Assembly (NCBI GenBank): GCA_964409985.1
Contig: CAYPEZ010000004.1
Coordinates: 1 to 33,493, forward strand
DNA: 33,493 nt
Reading direction: 5' to 3'
Source: an uncultured Candidatus Saccharibacteria bacterium
Lineage (GTDB): Bacteria; Patescibacteriota; Minisyncoccia; Phycocordibacterales; UBA6899
Shown here in pieces: positions 15,297 through 24,210 of the stretch. The notes under the pieces are model-generated. The model saw only the letters and a list, made by a program, of their open reading frames with translations, did no database searches and was not told where the DNA came from. Numbering within the stretch: position 1 is the first letter of the stretch; each line of letters begins with the position of its first letter. The position numbers and the translations under genes were made by a program.

Positions 15297-17846
15297 TTAT
15301 GTGTTGACGTTCTTGAGGTTACGAATTTCCTCAGCTAAAGTATTTCTTCGTTGAATGTCAGTATAGCTGGAGGAGCGTTGGAGATCAGCATACTCCTTCT
15401 CAAGATCAGCAATCTTCTGAGTTCTTTCTTTCTGTTCAGTTTCCGTTTGTGCTTTTTTTTGTTTTTCCGTTTGTCGATTTTGCCTTAAGTTTGCGGCAGA
15501 AGCTTTCGCACCTTCCTCAAGTTTCCTAAGCGCATCAGGAGAAACCATTGATCCAAGATCTTCTTTAAGCCGTTCATAATCCCTCTCCCTTGCTTCAAGT
15601 CGCTCACGGAGTTTAGCAAGTTCTGCACGGTCTCCTTTAGGATCCTGTTCGTTTTCACGGATGAGTTCTTCAAGCTCATTAACGGCGACAACAGACTTCG
15701 AGAAGCGTGAGCTTTTTGAATCATATAGACGTGTCCGCACAACATCGCTTTCCGCAACCTGATACCCAAAGTGATTCTTCTGTCCTTCAGGGCTTGCAAG
15801 ATATTCTTTTCCTTTATTATTCTCTGACTTTTGGATATTCTCATTGAGATTCTTCAAGATGTCTTGGTTTTGATATTTTCCATCTAGCCACTGCTTGTGG
15901 ATTTCACTCAGCACGTTTCTGTCAACAGTCTCAGCGAAGCCCTGTGAGGTAAGAATTTTTTCGCTGAAGCCAGCAATCGCACTTGGTCTGACTTGCTGTG
16001 ATGTTTTCTGAATGGTTGTCTTTGACTCTTGGATCGCTTTTTCAATAGTCTCAATGTCTGCTTTGAAGGTCTGTGTCATCGTCTCGTCCTCATTTCGAAT
16101 GGCTTCAGCAAGCTGCTTCCTCTTTTCGTCGAGTGTTGCCATTTGTTTGTCGAGATTACCAATCTCTTTTTCGAGGGACTTTTCTGTTTCTTTCTCGCGG
16201 ACCTTTCTGTTGATTTCTGTTCGAGCTGTTTGAGCGTCTTTGGATTTCAAATTGTCATAATTACTCTTCCCATCCCATGCCGTTCCCATATTATTCTTGA
16301 GGTAGTTTGCTTGCGCCGCAGGGTTGTCAGGAAAGAGTTCTTTTGCCCGCGCCACGTATTGCTCTTCCTTCGCTTTGGTGATCCCTCCTTTGTTTAAGAG
16401 TGTGTGTGAGAGAGAGTCTTCGATACCCCCCGACTTTTTAAATCCTCCCTCGCCACGAGTGAGGATACCAGGAACCTCTGCGTCTAGTTTCGAAATCGCT
16501 TTTGCGCCGTATTTACTTTGTGCAATATCCCATGATCCCTTTGCACCCTTCTCATATGCGCTAAGACGCATACGTGCAAAAGCTCCCCGCACGCCGCTTT
16601 CTTGGGCAGCGTCCTTCAACTTTTGATTGTCAGCACGCCATGCAGCAGTACGTCCGAGAACTTGTCGCCCTGCGAGTCCAATAGCCCCCGTACCGACACC
16701 AATTGCCGCACCGGTGACAATCTTTGTCCCCCAGTCGGCAAGCTTTGCCCCACTAGAGCTTGCCATTTCAAAGGCGAGTTCTGTTCCAGCGTACAAGAGC
16801 CCTATCACAAGGACAAAGTCCATAATGCTGGTATTGGGAGAGAGAAAGTTTGGAGATGCGATGATTTGGAAGATGAGATAAATAATAATCATGTAAAAAG
16901 GAGCCAAGAGGGTGTAGCTCGTCAGTTTTTTCCACCACTCATCAATAAAGTGTGAGGCTCTCCCGCTTGGAAATGCGTATGAGAGAAACGCAAGAGGAGA
17001 AAACATAATAAGGAACGCAAAGGCGATCATTCGGGAGATAAAATAGAAGGCCCCTTTGATGAAGATCGCTCCCGCCGCAATGTACATAATCCCTGTCATA
17101 AAAAAGAGCATCATGACCTGTTTGTTCCCAAGCTCTGCGCCCGTAGGGGTTGTTGCCAGACGGTTGATGTCCATGGCGTCCATGAATCGGTCAGCAATAG
17201 AACAGGGAGCCTGGGCACCGGGTTTTGAACACTGCGCTCCCCCAGTACGAGGTGTTGGGCTTTCAAGAATTTTATTGTAGAAGCCTATGGCAACAATATT
17301 TCCCGCATCGATAATCACCTTGGTGAAAAACGCACTAAAGTTAATGAGCAGAGCGACAACAATGACGCGTACGAGCATTTGCTTGGTGCTGTGATTCCCA
17401 AGTTGAAGGATGGTCTGGATGGCGATATAGAGAATGATGAAGATAAAGAAGAGGTTCGCAAAATCCCGCATGACTTCCCACCCGATTTGGATACCCCCAA
17501 ACCGCTGATCAAGAGGCTCGAAGGAATAGGTAATTGCTGTCGAGAGGCACCATGATCCAAATGCAAGGAACAGGCTCGCAACAAAGCGAAAAAGCTGCCC
17601 GATGTATTTGGGAATTGCCCACAGAAGGTTGTTCACCCAAGCAGCTGCTCCACTAAAGATTCCACTAAACCAAGAACTTTGCTGAGTATCATCTTGGATA
17701 TCGGCCCCAACGAATCCATTCGAGACCAAATCAACTGGTGATGACTGCGCATGTGCTGTTGGGACACCAACGGACGCAAAAAAACTCCCACTCACAACAA
17801 AGATGAGGGTCCAGATGAGAAAAAGTTTTTTTATCGTGGAGATCAT
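15297..17846 (-). CDS. VirB6/TrbL-like polytopic membrane protein with a roughly 400-aa charged coiled-coil C-terminal tail
   Basis: The 849-aa product has a signal peptide (FVVSGSFFASVGVPTAHAQ). At least 6 hydrophobic helices lie between about aa 70 and 400 (for example FANLFFIFIILYIAIQTIL, MLFFMTGIMYIAAGAIFI, LLAPFYMIIIYLIFQII). The K/E/R/Q-rich tail is heptad-like (EKETEKSLEKEIGNLDKQMATLDEKRKQLAEAIRNEDE...). Confidence 0.65.
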   Translation of the reverse strand: MISTIKKLFLIWTLIFVVSGSFFASVGVPTAHAQSSPVDLVSNGFVGADIQDDTQQSSWFSGIFSGAAAWVNNLLWAIPKYIGQLFRFVASLFLAFGSWCLSTAITYSFEPLDQRFGGIQIGWEVMRDFANLFFIFIILYIAIQTILQLGNHSTKQMLVRVIVVALLINFSAFFTKVIIDAGNIVAIGFYNKILESPTPRTGGAQCSKPGAQAPCSIADRFMDAMDINRLATTPTGAELGNKQVMMLFFMTGIMYIAAGAIFIKGAFYFISRMIAFAFLIMFSPLAFLSYAFPSGRASHFIDEWWKKLTSYTLLAPFYMIIIYLIFQIIASPNFLSPNTSIMDFVLVIGLLYAGTELAFEMASSSGAKLADWGTKIVTGAAIGVGTGAIGLAGRQVLGRTAAWRADNQKLKDAAQESGVRGAFARMRLSAYEKGAKGSWDIAQSKYGAKAISKLDAEVPGILTRGEGGFKKSGGIEDSLSHTLLNKGGITKAKEEQYVARAKELFPDNPAAQANYLKNNMGTAWDGKSNYDNLKSKDAQTARTEINRKVREKETEKSLEKEIGNLDKQMATLDEKRKQLAEAIRNEDETMTQTFKADIETIEKAIQESKTTIQKTSQQVRPSAIAGFSEKILTSQGFAETVDRNVLSEIHKQWLDGKYQNQDILKNLNENIQKSENNKGKEYLASPEGQKNHFGYQVAESDVVRTRLYDSKSSRFSKSVVAVNELEELIRENEQDPKGDRAELAKLRERLEARERDYERLKEDLGSMVSPDALRKLEEGAKASAANLRQNRQTEKQKKAQTETEQKERTQKIADLEKEYADLQRSSSYTDIQRRNTLAEEIRNLKNVNT

Positions 17847-17860
17847 TGAGGGTTATGCTA

Positions 17861-18757
17861 TCACAAGCCGTTGTCTAGAAGTTCATTGGTTAGTCGCATC
17901 ACAATACCGCTAAAAATCGCTTCCGCCAGTTCGTCCTGACCTGACAATTCTTCAAGAGAATGCCCAAAGACTTTTGACACAGCGTTAGATACATTTGAGG
18001 AAGAGATTTTGATTTCGTATCGTGCACATCCCCCACTTGGAGTTCGTTGTACACAGTATTTATTTGGCAGCATGCCTCCATACGACAAGAATTTTTCTTG
18101 CTCTAGTGCTTGTTGCTGCATACGTTGTTGTTGCGCAGCAACGACATCTGGAGCGAGAATGGGGTCGTCCGATGATCGTGCAGACATTTTAAGAATTGGA
18201 CCAAGTCCTCCTTCGGTCACAAAGCCTCCTGGTTGAAAATAATTTTCAATGACCCCACTTGTCACCGCTTCCTGAAGCTTACATTCGGTAATGCGTCTGA
18301 GTCCGGCGTCTGTTTGGTCGATGTCTTCTGCTGAGTCAATTCCACCGAGCGCTACTTTGATGCGTACGTCTGCTTGAAATGGAGTACACACGTCATTGAT
18401 GATGTTGTTGAGTCGGTCGGTGAATACATTGCTTTCATTCATGACGGTATTCAACGCAAAATCTCTTGGGTTTTGGATGAATGATGGCTGGCCATCAAAT
18501 CCGTTGCGCGCCCAATTGAGAATGCTTTGTTTCAGACGGTCTTGGATGCCGATCGAGATGGCTTTTTGGGCTGGATCAAGAACGTATTCCTTGATCCATT
18601 GTTGGTTCCCAAAAAACGTTTGCTGGACACTGTTGACGGCCGAGATGGTGTTCTGCACGAGGTTTGCCGCATCCACCCAAGCTGATGCTCGAAAAGGAGA
18701 AACAAGAAAGATTCCTGTCAAAACACATACCGAAATCTGACGTAAAGAATAATGCAT
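17861..18757 (-). CDS. secreted protein of unknown function
   Basis: The 298-aa product has a signal peptide (ISVCVLTGIFLVSPFRASA) and 4 Cys, and starts 14 nt upstream of the VirB6-like gene. I recognise no domain. Confidence 0.6.
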   Translation of the reverse strand: MHYSLRQISVCVLTGIFLVSPFRASAWVDAANLVQNTISAVNSVQQTFFGNQQWIKEYVLDPAQKAISIGIQDRLKQSILNWARNGFDGQPSFIQNPRDFALNTVMNESNVFTDRLNNIINDVCTPFQADVRIKVALGGIDSAEDIDQTDAGLRRITECKLQEAVTSGVIENYFQPGGFVTEGGLGPILKMSARSSDDPILAPDVVAAQQQRMQQQALEQEKFLSYGGMLPNKYCVQRTPSGGCARYEIKISSSNVSNAVSKVFGHSLEELSGQDELAEAIFSGIVMRLTNELLDNGL

Positions 18758-18793
18758 AAGTAATGTATCAAACGACCAATAATAAACCCCGAA

Positions 18794-19789
18794 TTATGGG
18801 GAACGACCTTCTAGTAATTTTACGGCAGCATCAGCATCAGTCCAAGGAATCGTCTGAAGCATAGGAGACGAAAAGAGTGTTTCTATGGTTTTTCCCATGG
18901 TCTCGGTTCTGGTCTGGAATTCTTGTAACAACAGAAGGTCTTCAATGGGGTTCACGACAGAGGTATTCCCAACACGATCCAAGATAAACACATTATCTGC
19001 AAGCGTGTTGATGAGAGTGAGATGGTGTTTTGCAAGCTCCGCCGGAGGTGTCAGGGGGAGAAGTTTTTGTATAAGAGCTTTTTCACGACTTGTCTCTCGT
19101 TGTGCCAAGGGAAGTCTTTGATTCACCTCAGGAGAAGTCCAAAGAAGTAAGAGCTCCTCTTTCGATAGTTGTTCGGTATCTGTAAGTGCGATTGTTGCGA
19201 GACCATTAAAATAGGCGCGGTACACCTCGGGTGTATCTACTGGACTCACACGGATATCATTGACGGAATACTGTGTGGTGATCTGGGGCATTCGCTTTCG
19301 TGCTTTCAGAACAAGCGAGTCAATGAGGAGGCCAATATTTTCATCACTGAGTTCGCCGCTCTGTTCAAGTGCTGCTGCTCCGGAAAAGAGGTCTCGACCA
19401 ATGATGTCTGTCGTCGTCAGCGTTGGGTCGTCATCATAATATGGCGATCGTGTGCTTGTTGCGGTCGCGGCATATTCTTTTCTATCATTCGGGCCCTTTG
19501 TTCTTGGGTCTCGTCCAATCCGCACTTCTTCTCCATCGGGAGTTCCATCTCCGTCGCTATCTGCGTTATTTGGGTCCGTTTTCCAAAGTTCTTCTTGCCA
19601 TGTCTCAAGCCCATCTGAATCAAGGTCTTGGTGTATGCCTGCTGGAACAACATCAGCAACCGAAACATCGTTCCGAAGATAGGTGTTCGGGGTATATGTG
19701 GAAAAAAATGCGGCGGCAACAATACACAACGCGATAAAGATACTTATCGCGACACGAGGACTCTGAAATATGCCTCTTTCATCTTCCAT
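18794..19789 (-). CDS. membrane-anchored protein with thrombospondin-type-3-like Ca-binding repeats
   Basis: The 331-aa product has an N-terminal TM (VAISIFIALCIVAAAFF). It then carries DLDSDGLETWQEELWKTDPNNADSDGDGTPDGEEVRIGRDP, the DxDxDG...TDPNNxDTDGDG repeat style. It is the first gene of the operon. Confidence 0.65.
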   Translation of the reverse strand: MEDERGIFQSPRVAISIFIALCIVAAAFFSTYTPNTYLRNDVSVADVVPAGIHQDLDSDGLETWQEELWKTDPNNADSDGDGTPDGEEVRIGRDPRTKGPNDRKEYAATATSTRSPYYDDDPTLTTTDIIGRDLFSGAAALEQSGELSDENIGLLIDSLVLKARKRMPQITTQYSVNDIRVSPVDTPEVYRAYFNGLATIALTDTEQLSKEELLLLWTSPEVNQRLPLAQRETSREKALIQKLLPLTPPAELAKHHLTLINTLADNVFILDRVGNTSVVNPIEDLLLLQEFQTRTETMGKTIETLFSSPMLQTIPWTDADAAVKLLEGRSP

Positions 19790-19831
19790 ATCAACAAGAG
19801 AGGGATATACTCCCCCACGAAATCTCGAGCA

Positions 19832-19843
19832 AGGAGTACTCCT
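19832..19843. promoter_or_regulatory. perfect 12-bp palindrome in a divergent intergenic region (candidate operator)
   Basis: AGGAGTACTCCT at 19832-19843 lies between the first T4SS-like gene (start 19789, minus strand) and the spermidine-synthase-like gene on the plus strand. Confidence 0.35.
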
Positions 19844-19976
19844 CCTTACCTTGAGATATATAGAGTATAGCGCCTTTATGTATATTTGAGTGGATATATT
19901 GAAAAATGTTGTGGATATGCGCCAAGGTCTTTTGCACTCCTTTCACAAGGTGTTCTACGGGTACTTTGAGTGTACA

Positions 19977-21485
19977 ATGACACACATGAATATACTCCAA
20001 GCATCTACCCTGTCATTTGTTGTCGGTGCTCTTGTGATGATTCTTGAAATTACAGCTGCACGCCTTGTTGCCCCACTGCTTGGGAGCACACTCTATACAT
20101 GGTCAGCAATTATGGGAACGGTCCTTGCGGGGTTATCGGCCGGTGCATATGTTGGGGGGAGGATGATTGACCAAAACCCATCCCTGACAACCTTATATCG
20201 TGCGTGTGTTGGTTCAGGTGCGTCAGTTTTTGTGTTGCCAATCCTTGCTCAAGGAGTAAAAACCCTTGTTTTACATCCTATGCCCACCCCACTCCTCACT
20301 CTCCTCGTGACGATGCTGCTCTTTTTTATTCCATCAGGGTTCTTGGGGTCTATACAACCCATGATTCTCAGGCTTTCTATCTCTACGACTGATATTCTTG
20401 GAAAATCTTATGGTGGGCTATCTGCTTTTTGGTCCATAGGGGGTATTGTTGGGGCTCTGTGCACAGGATACGGACTCGTCCCGTTTTTTGGGACGGAAAA
20501 AATCATCTATGGAATTTCCGTCGTTCTGTTTATGTCAGGATGGATCCTTGGACGAAAGCACGTCGCCTTGCTCGGCACAATAGTCGCTTCCCTATGCCTT
20601 TTGATGGTATCGCCAGCATATGGTCCACGGGTGTTGTACGCAAAAGAAACTCCGTATTATCTTTCGGTAGTCGCACAAGCCAACCTCGTCCATTTTGGCG
20701 AAAGCAAGATTCTTTTTCTTGATATGGGCTCACACAGTGTGGTGCGCGGCACATCAACCGCACCGCTATATACAGATATCACGCGTTTGTTTACTCAAGC
20801 TCTTCCAGAATCTTCCCAGACACTTTTCCTTGGTGGGGGTGCGTATGTTATGCCAAGTGATCTTGCGCGCACTCCTGGCACTTCTGTCACAGTATACGAG
20901 CTTGATCCTGAGGTTCCGTCCATTGCGAAGCAATATTTTTCACCGGATCCTCGCATCAATACTCTGATTGGTGACGCGCGAGTGTTGCTGCGTAGAGATG
21001 CTCATCAGTACGACCTCATTGTTGGTGATTCATTTCAATCGTTCCTCAGTATCCCGTGGCACTTATTAACGAAAGAATTTCATGATGAAATTGCTGAGCA
21101 TCTTACTCCAAAAGGGGTGTATGCGGTGAACATTGTTTCTGCTGTTGAAGGTGATAAGAGCATTCTTTTTCGCAGTGTGGTGCGCACACTTCAAGAGACG
21201 TTTCCGTATCTGACTGCATATCATTTTGGTGGAGATGCAAAGACGCAGCAAAATATTATGATCCTTGCGTCTCGACAGTCTCTTGATGAGTGGATTGAAC
21301 TCGGGAAAGACACTCAGATCCTTCCGGGAAAAAGTTTGGTTGAAGCATACCGTATCAAGAATATGCCCAGTCAGGATGGGGTGATGTTGACGGATAGTTA
21401 TGCGCCAACGGATACACTGCTGTCCTCGATGATTGGTGGCACACTTCGGCAATCAATCTTGATGTATCAGCAGTTTACTCGCTAA
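19977..21485 (+). CDS. fused polytopic membrane domain / spermidine-synthase-like (aminopropyltransferase-fold) protein
   Basis: The N-terminal half has about 7 TM helices (LSFVVGALVMILEITAARLVAPLLG...). The C-terminal half is methyltransferase/SpeE-like (TLFLGGGAYVMP...VTVYELDPEV...YDLIVGDSF). The track ORF starts at 19890, but the hydrophobic core begins after the ATGs at 19977 and 19986. Confidence 0.75.
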   Translation: MTHMNILQASTLSFVVGALVMILEITAARLVAPLLGSTLYTWSAIMGTVLAGLSAGAYVGGRMIDQNPSLTTLYRACVGSGASVFVLPILAQGVKTLVLHPMPTPLLTLLVTMLLFFIPSGFLGSIQPMILRLSISTTDILGKSYGGLSAFWSIGGIVGALCTGYGLVPFFGTEKIIYGISVVLFMSGWILGRKHVALLGTIVASLCLLMVSPAYGPRVLYAKETPYYLSVVAQANLVHFGESKILFLDMGSHSVVRGTSTAPLYTDITRLFTQALPESSQTLFLGGGAYVMPSDLARTPGTSVTVYELDPEVPSIAKQYFSPDPRINTLIGDARVLLRRDAHQYDLIVGDSFQSFLSIPWHLLTKEFHDEIAEHLTPKGVYAVNIVSAVEGDKSILFRSVVRTLQETFPYLTAYHFGGDAKTQQNIMILASRQSLDEWIELGKDTQILPGKSLVEAYRIKNMPSQDGVMLTDSYAPTDTLLSSMIGGTLRQSILMYQQFTR

Positions 21486-22271
21486 ACATTTGGTCAACCG
21501 CATCCAATCATCTGGATTCAGGGTTTCTGGCCGTGTTCCGGGATCGATCCCTGCTTGAGAGAGCAAGACGTACATCTCTTCCTTTGCATGGAGTGTTGAG
21601 AGTGTATTAAGAATCGTCTTTCTTTTTGAGCGAAAACCTGTTTTGACAATGTGAAAAAATATCTTTCGTTCCGCGTCATTCTCAAATGGGTCACGAATAT
21701 GTTGTATGTGAAGAATGGCTGAATCAACAGTTGGTGGCGGAACAAATGAGCCACGTGGGACCGAGGAAATAATTTTTGGAGATCCATATATTTTCACAGC
21801 AATCGACCCAACGCTTTCTTTGTGGTCACGCGCGACAATATCTTCCGCGACCTCTTTTTGAACGAGAATCACTATGTCTGCTGGACGAATCTTTGCGTCG
21901 AGAAATGTTCGTAAAATCAAACCAGTAATGTAGTAGGGAATATTTGCGATGAGAACCCATCGGGGTGGCAATATATTCGCAAGTGTTTCGAGCATGCTCT
22001 CCCCTACAACATCTCCATGGATGAGTGTGAGTTTCTTGTTTCTGATCTCTGTCTCAAACATGTTGGAAAGGATTGGGATGAGTCGATCATCCTTTTCGAC
22101 AGCAACGATATGGGCCCCAGTTGCAAGAAGTTTGCGAGTGAGCACCCCCTCTCCTGGGCCAATTTCGAGCACGGTATGGTGTTGGTCCAACACAACAGCG
22201 TTTGCCATGTCAGAAAGGGCACGTTCGTTCCTTAAGAAATGCTGCCCAAGAGATTTTTTAGTTGGGAACAT
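21453..22271 (-). CDS. rsmA: 16S rRNA (adenine1518/1519-N6)-dimethyltransferase
   Basis: Motifs are KKSLGQHFL, the SAM-binding EIGPGEGVLT, and NIPYYIT. The start is trimmed to the ATG at 22271 (MFPTKKSLGQHFL), 1 nt after the pcrA stop. Confidence 0.9.
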   Translation of the reverse strand: MFPTKKSLGQHFLRNERALSDMANAVVLDQHHTVLEIGPGEGVLTRKLLATGAHIVAVEKDDRLIPILSNMFETEIRNKKLTLIHGDVVGESMLETLANILPPRWVLIANIPYYITGLILRTFLDAKIRPADIVILVQKEVAEDIVARDHKESVGSIAVKIYGSPKIISSVPRGSFVPPPTVDSAILHIQHIRDPFENDAERKIFFHIVKTGFRSKRKTILNTLSTLHAKEEMYVLLSQAGIDPGTRPETLNPDDWMRLTKCLASKLLIHQD

Positions 22272-22272
22272 G

Positions 22273-24210
22273 TTAATCAAAAAAGACGAACTTCTGCTTG
22301 TGCTTTGGGGGTTCTGGCAAAAAAGTTGTATCAATGGCGATCAGTCGCTCATCAATATCTGACAGATATGATGAAGGGACACTGACCGTTCGTGTGCCAA
22401 AAATTGTCCGGAAGGATGCGTGTGAAAGAATAAGTTTCTTTTTTGCACGAGTCAGCGCAACATAAAAGAGTCTCCTCTCCTCCTCTTCTCGTTCTTGATT
22501 GCTTGCCTCGCCAGCACGTCGTTGTGGAAACAAATCTTCTTCGAGACCGACAATACACACGACATCAAACTCAAGACCTTTTGCTGCATGAACGGTCATC
22601 AAGCGCACTCCTTGTCGTTGATCTACCTGGTCTTGGTCGCTGGCAAGAGTAATATCTGAGAGAAATCGTTCCATTCCTTCTTCTGGAGGAAGGTGATCAT
22701 ATCGTCCCGCAATCGCAACAAGCTCTGAGAGGTTTCCAATGCGCTCAATATCATCTTGTGTTTCAAGGAGCGAAAGAATTCCTGATGCCGTATAGACTTT
22801 TGTGAGCACCTGAGATGGGGGTACTTGTGAAATCCACTCACGAATCTGCTGAAGAAGTGTAAGAAATCCTTTTACCGCCTCCCCTGTCTTTCCTTTTATC
22901 CCTTCGGTATTTCCTGAAAGCATGAGTGCTAAGGTTTTTTCCCCAATACCACGGCTTGGAGTACCCGCAGCCCGTGTGAGGTCAAGAGGATTCTCGGGAT
23001 GAAGTCCTGCGCGTAGGTATGCTAAAACATCCTTTACTTCTTTCCGGTCAAAAAAACGTGTTCCAGTAATCAGGTATGGAATTTGAGATGCAATACACGC
23101 TTCTTCTATGGCGCGAGATTGAAAGTTTGTGCGATATAACACCGCCATGTGTTCATACGGAACACCGCGCGTGTGTTCTTTTTGAAGTGCGTGGATGACA
23201 TATCGAGCTTCATCAACCTCGGAGAGTGCTTCGTATAAACAGATCGTCTCTCCTCCAGGTTGAGTAGTGAAAAGACGCTTTGGTTTCCTCTTCGGATTTT
23301 TTTCGATCACCGCATTTGCGGCGTCAAGAATAGTTTGTGTTGAGCGATAGTTTTGTTCGAGCGTCACCACACGAGCTCCAGGAAAATCATGTTCAAAATC
23401 AAGAATGTGTTCAATGTGCGCTCCTCGCCATGTGTAGATTGTTTGGTCACTATCTCCCACAACACAGATGTTGCGATCTTCTCCTACAAGAAGTTTGACT
23501 AGCGTGTATTGAAGTCTATTTGTGTCTTGATATTCATCAACATGAAGGTATCTCCACCTCGAATGAAGTGTGCTTCGCACGCTGGTATTTGTTCGAAGAA
23601 GCTCAACTGTTTTGAGAAGAAGATCATCAAAATCAAGAGCATGCGCTTCTCGCACTTTTTGTTCATACAAAAACCAGACTCTGCTGACAATGGAAGCGGT
23701 GTTTCCTTTTGCGTGTGCTGTATAGCTCTCATGTGTTTCTCCGTCTCCTTTTGCCCGAGAGATTGCTTCGGCTATTTTTCTTGGCTCTACGGTTTTTGGG
23801 TCGTATCCAAGGTGTTTGAGTGCTTGGCGTACAAACGATAAGCCATCATCACTATCAAGAATGGTAAATGACTTGGGGACATGTGCTTCTTCCCAGTATT
23901 CTCGTAGAATGTACACTCCTAGCCCGTGGAACGTCCCTATCCAAGGAAATGCATGTGATACACCAGCGTATTGAGGGGGTTTTCTTCCAAGAAGAGTTCC
24001 AACACGAGCAAGCATCTCCTTTGCTGCCTTATTGGTGAACGTTACAGCCAAGATGGACTCCGGTGATACTCCGGACTCGATAAGATGAAGAATTCGGTGT
24101 GTCAGTGTTTTTGTTTTTCCTGCCCCTGCCCCTGCCACAATAAGAAGTGGCCCATCCTTATGGGATACGGCATCACGTTGAGCCTCATTAAGTCCTTCAA
24201 GTGCAGACAC
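22273..24210 (-). CDS. pcrA: UvrD/PcrA-family ATP-dependent DNA helicase
   Basis: The 645-aa product has Walker A AGAGAGKTKTLTHR, motif II VDEYQDTN, LEQNYRST, and MTVHAAKGLEFDVV. Confidence 0.9.
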   Translation of the reverse strand: MSALEGLNEAQRDAVSHKDGPLLIVAGAGAGKTKTLTHRILHLIESGVSPESILAVTFTNKAAKEMLARVGTLLGRKPPQYAGVSHAFPWIGTFHGLGVYILREYWEEAHVPKSFTILDSDDGLSFVRQALKHLGYDPKTVEPRKIAEAISRAKGDGETHESYTAHAKGNTASIVSRVWFLYEQKVREAHALDFDDLLLKTVELLRTNTSVRSTLHSRWRYLHVDEYQDTNRLQYTLVKLLVGEDRNICVVGDSDQTIYTWRGAHIEHILDFEHDFPGARVVTLEQNYRSTQTILDAANAVIEKNPKRKPKRLFTTQPGGETICLYEALSEVDEARYVIHALQKEHTRGVPYEHMAVLYRTNFQSRAIEEACIASQIPYLITGTRFFDRKEVKDVLAYLRAGLHPENPLDLTRAAGTPSRGIGEKTLALMLSGNTEGIKGKTGEAVKGFLTLLQQIREWISQVPPSQVLTKVYTASGILSLLETQDDIERIGNLSELVAIAGRYDHLPPEEGMERFLSDITLASDQDQVDQRQGVRLMTVHAAKGLEFDVVCIVGLEEDLFPQRRAGEASNQEREEEERRLFYVALTRAKKKLILSHASFRTIFGTRTVSVPSSYLSDIDERLIAIDTTFLPEPPKHKQKFVFFD

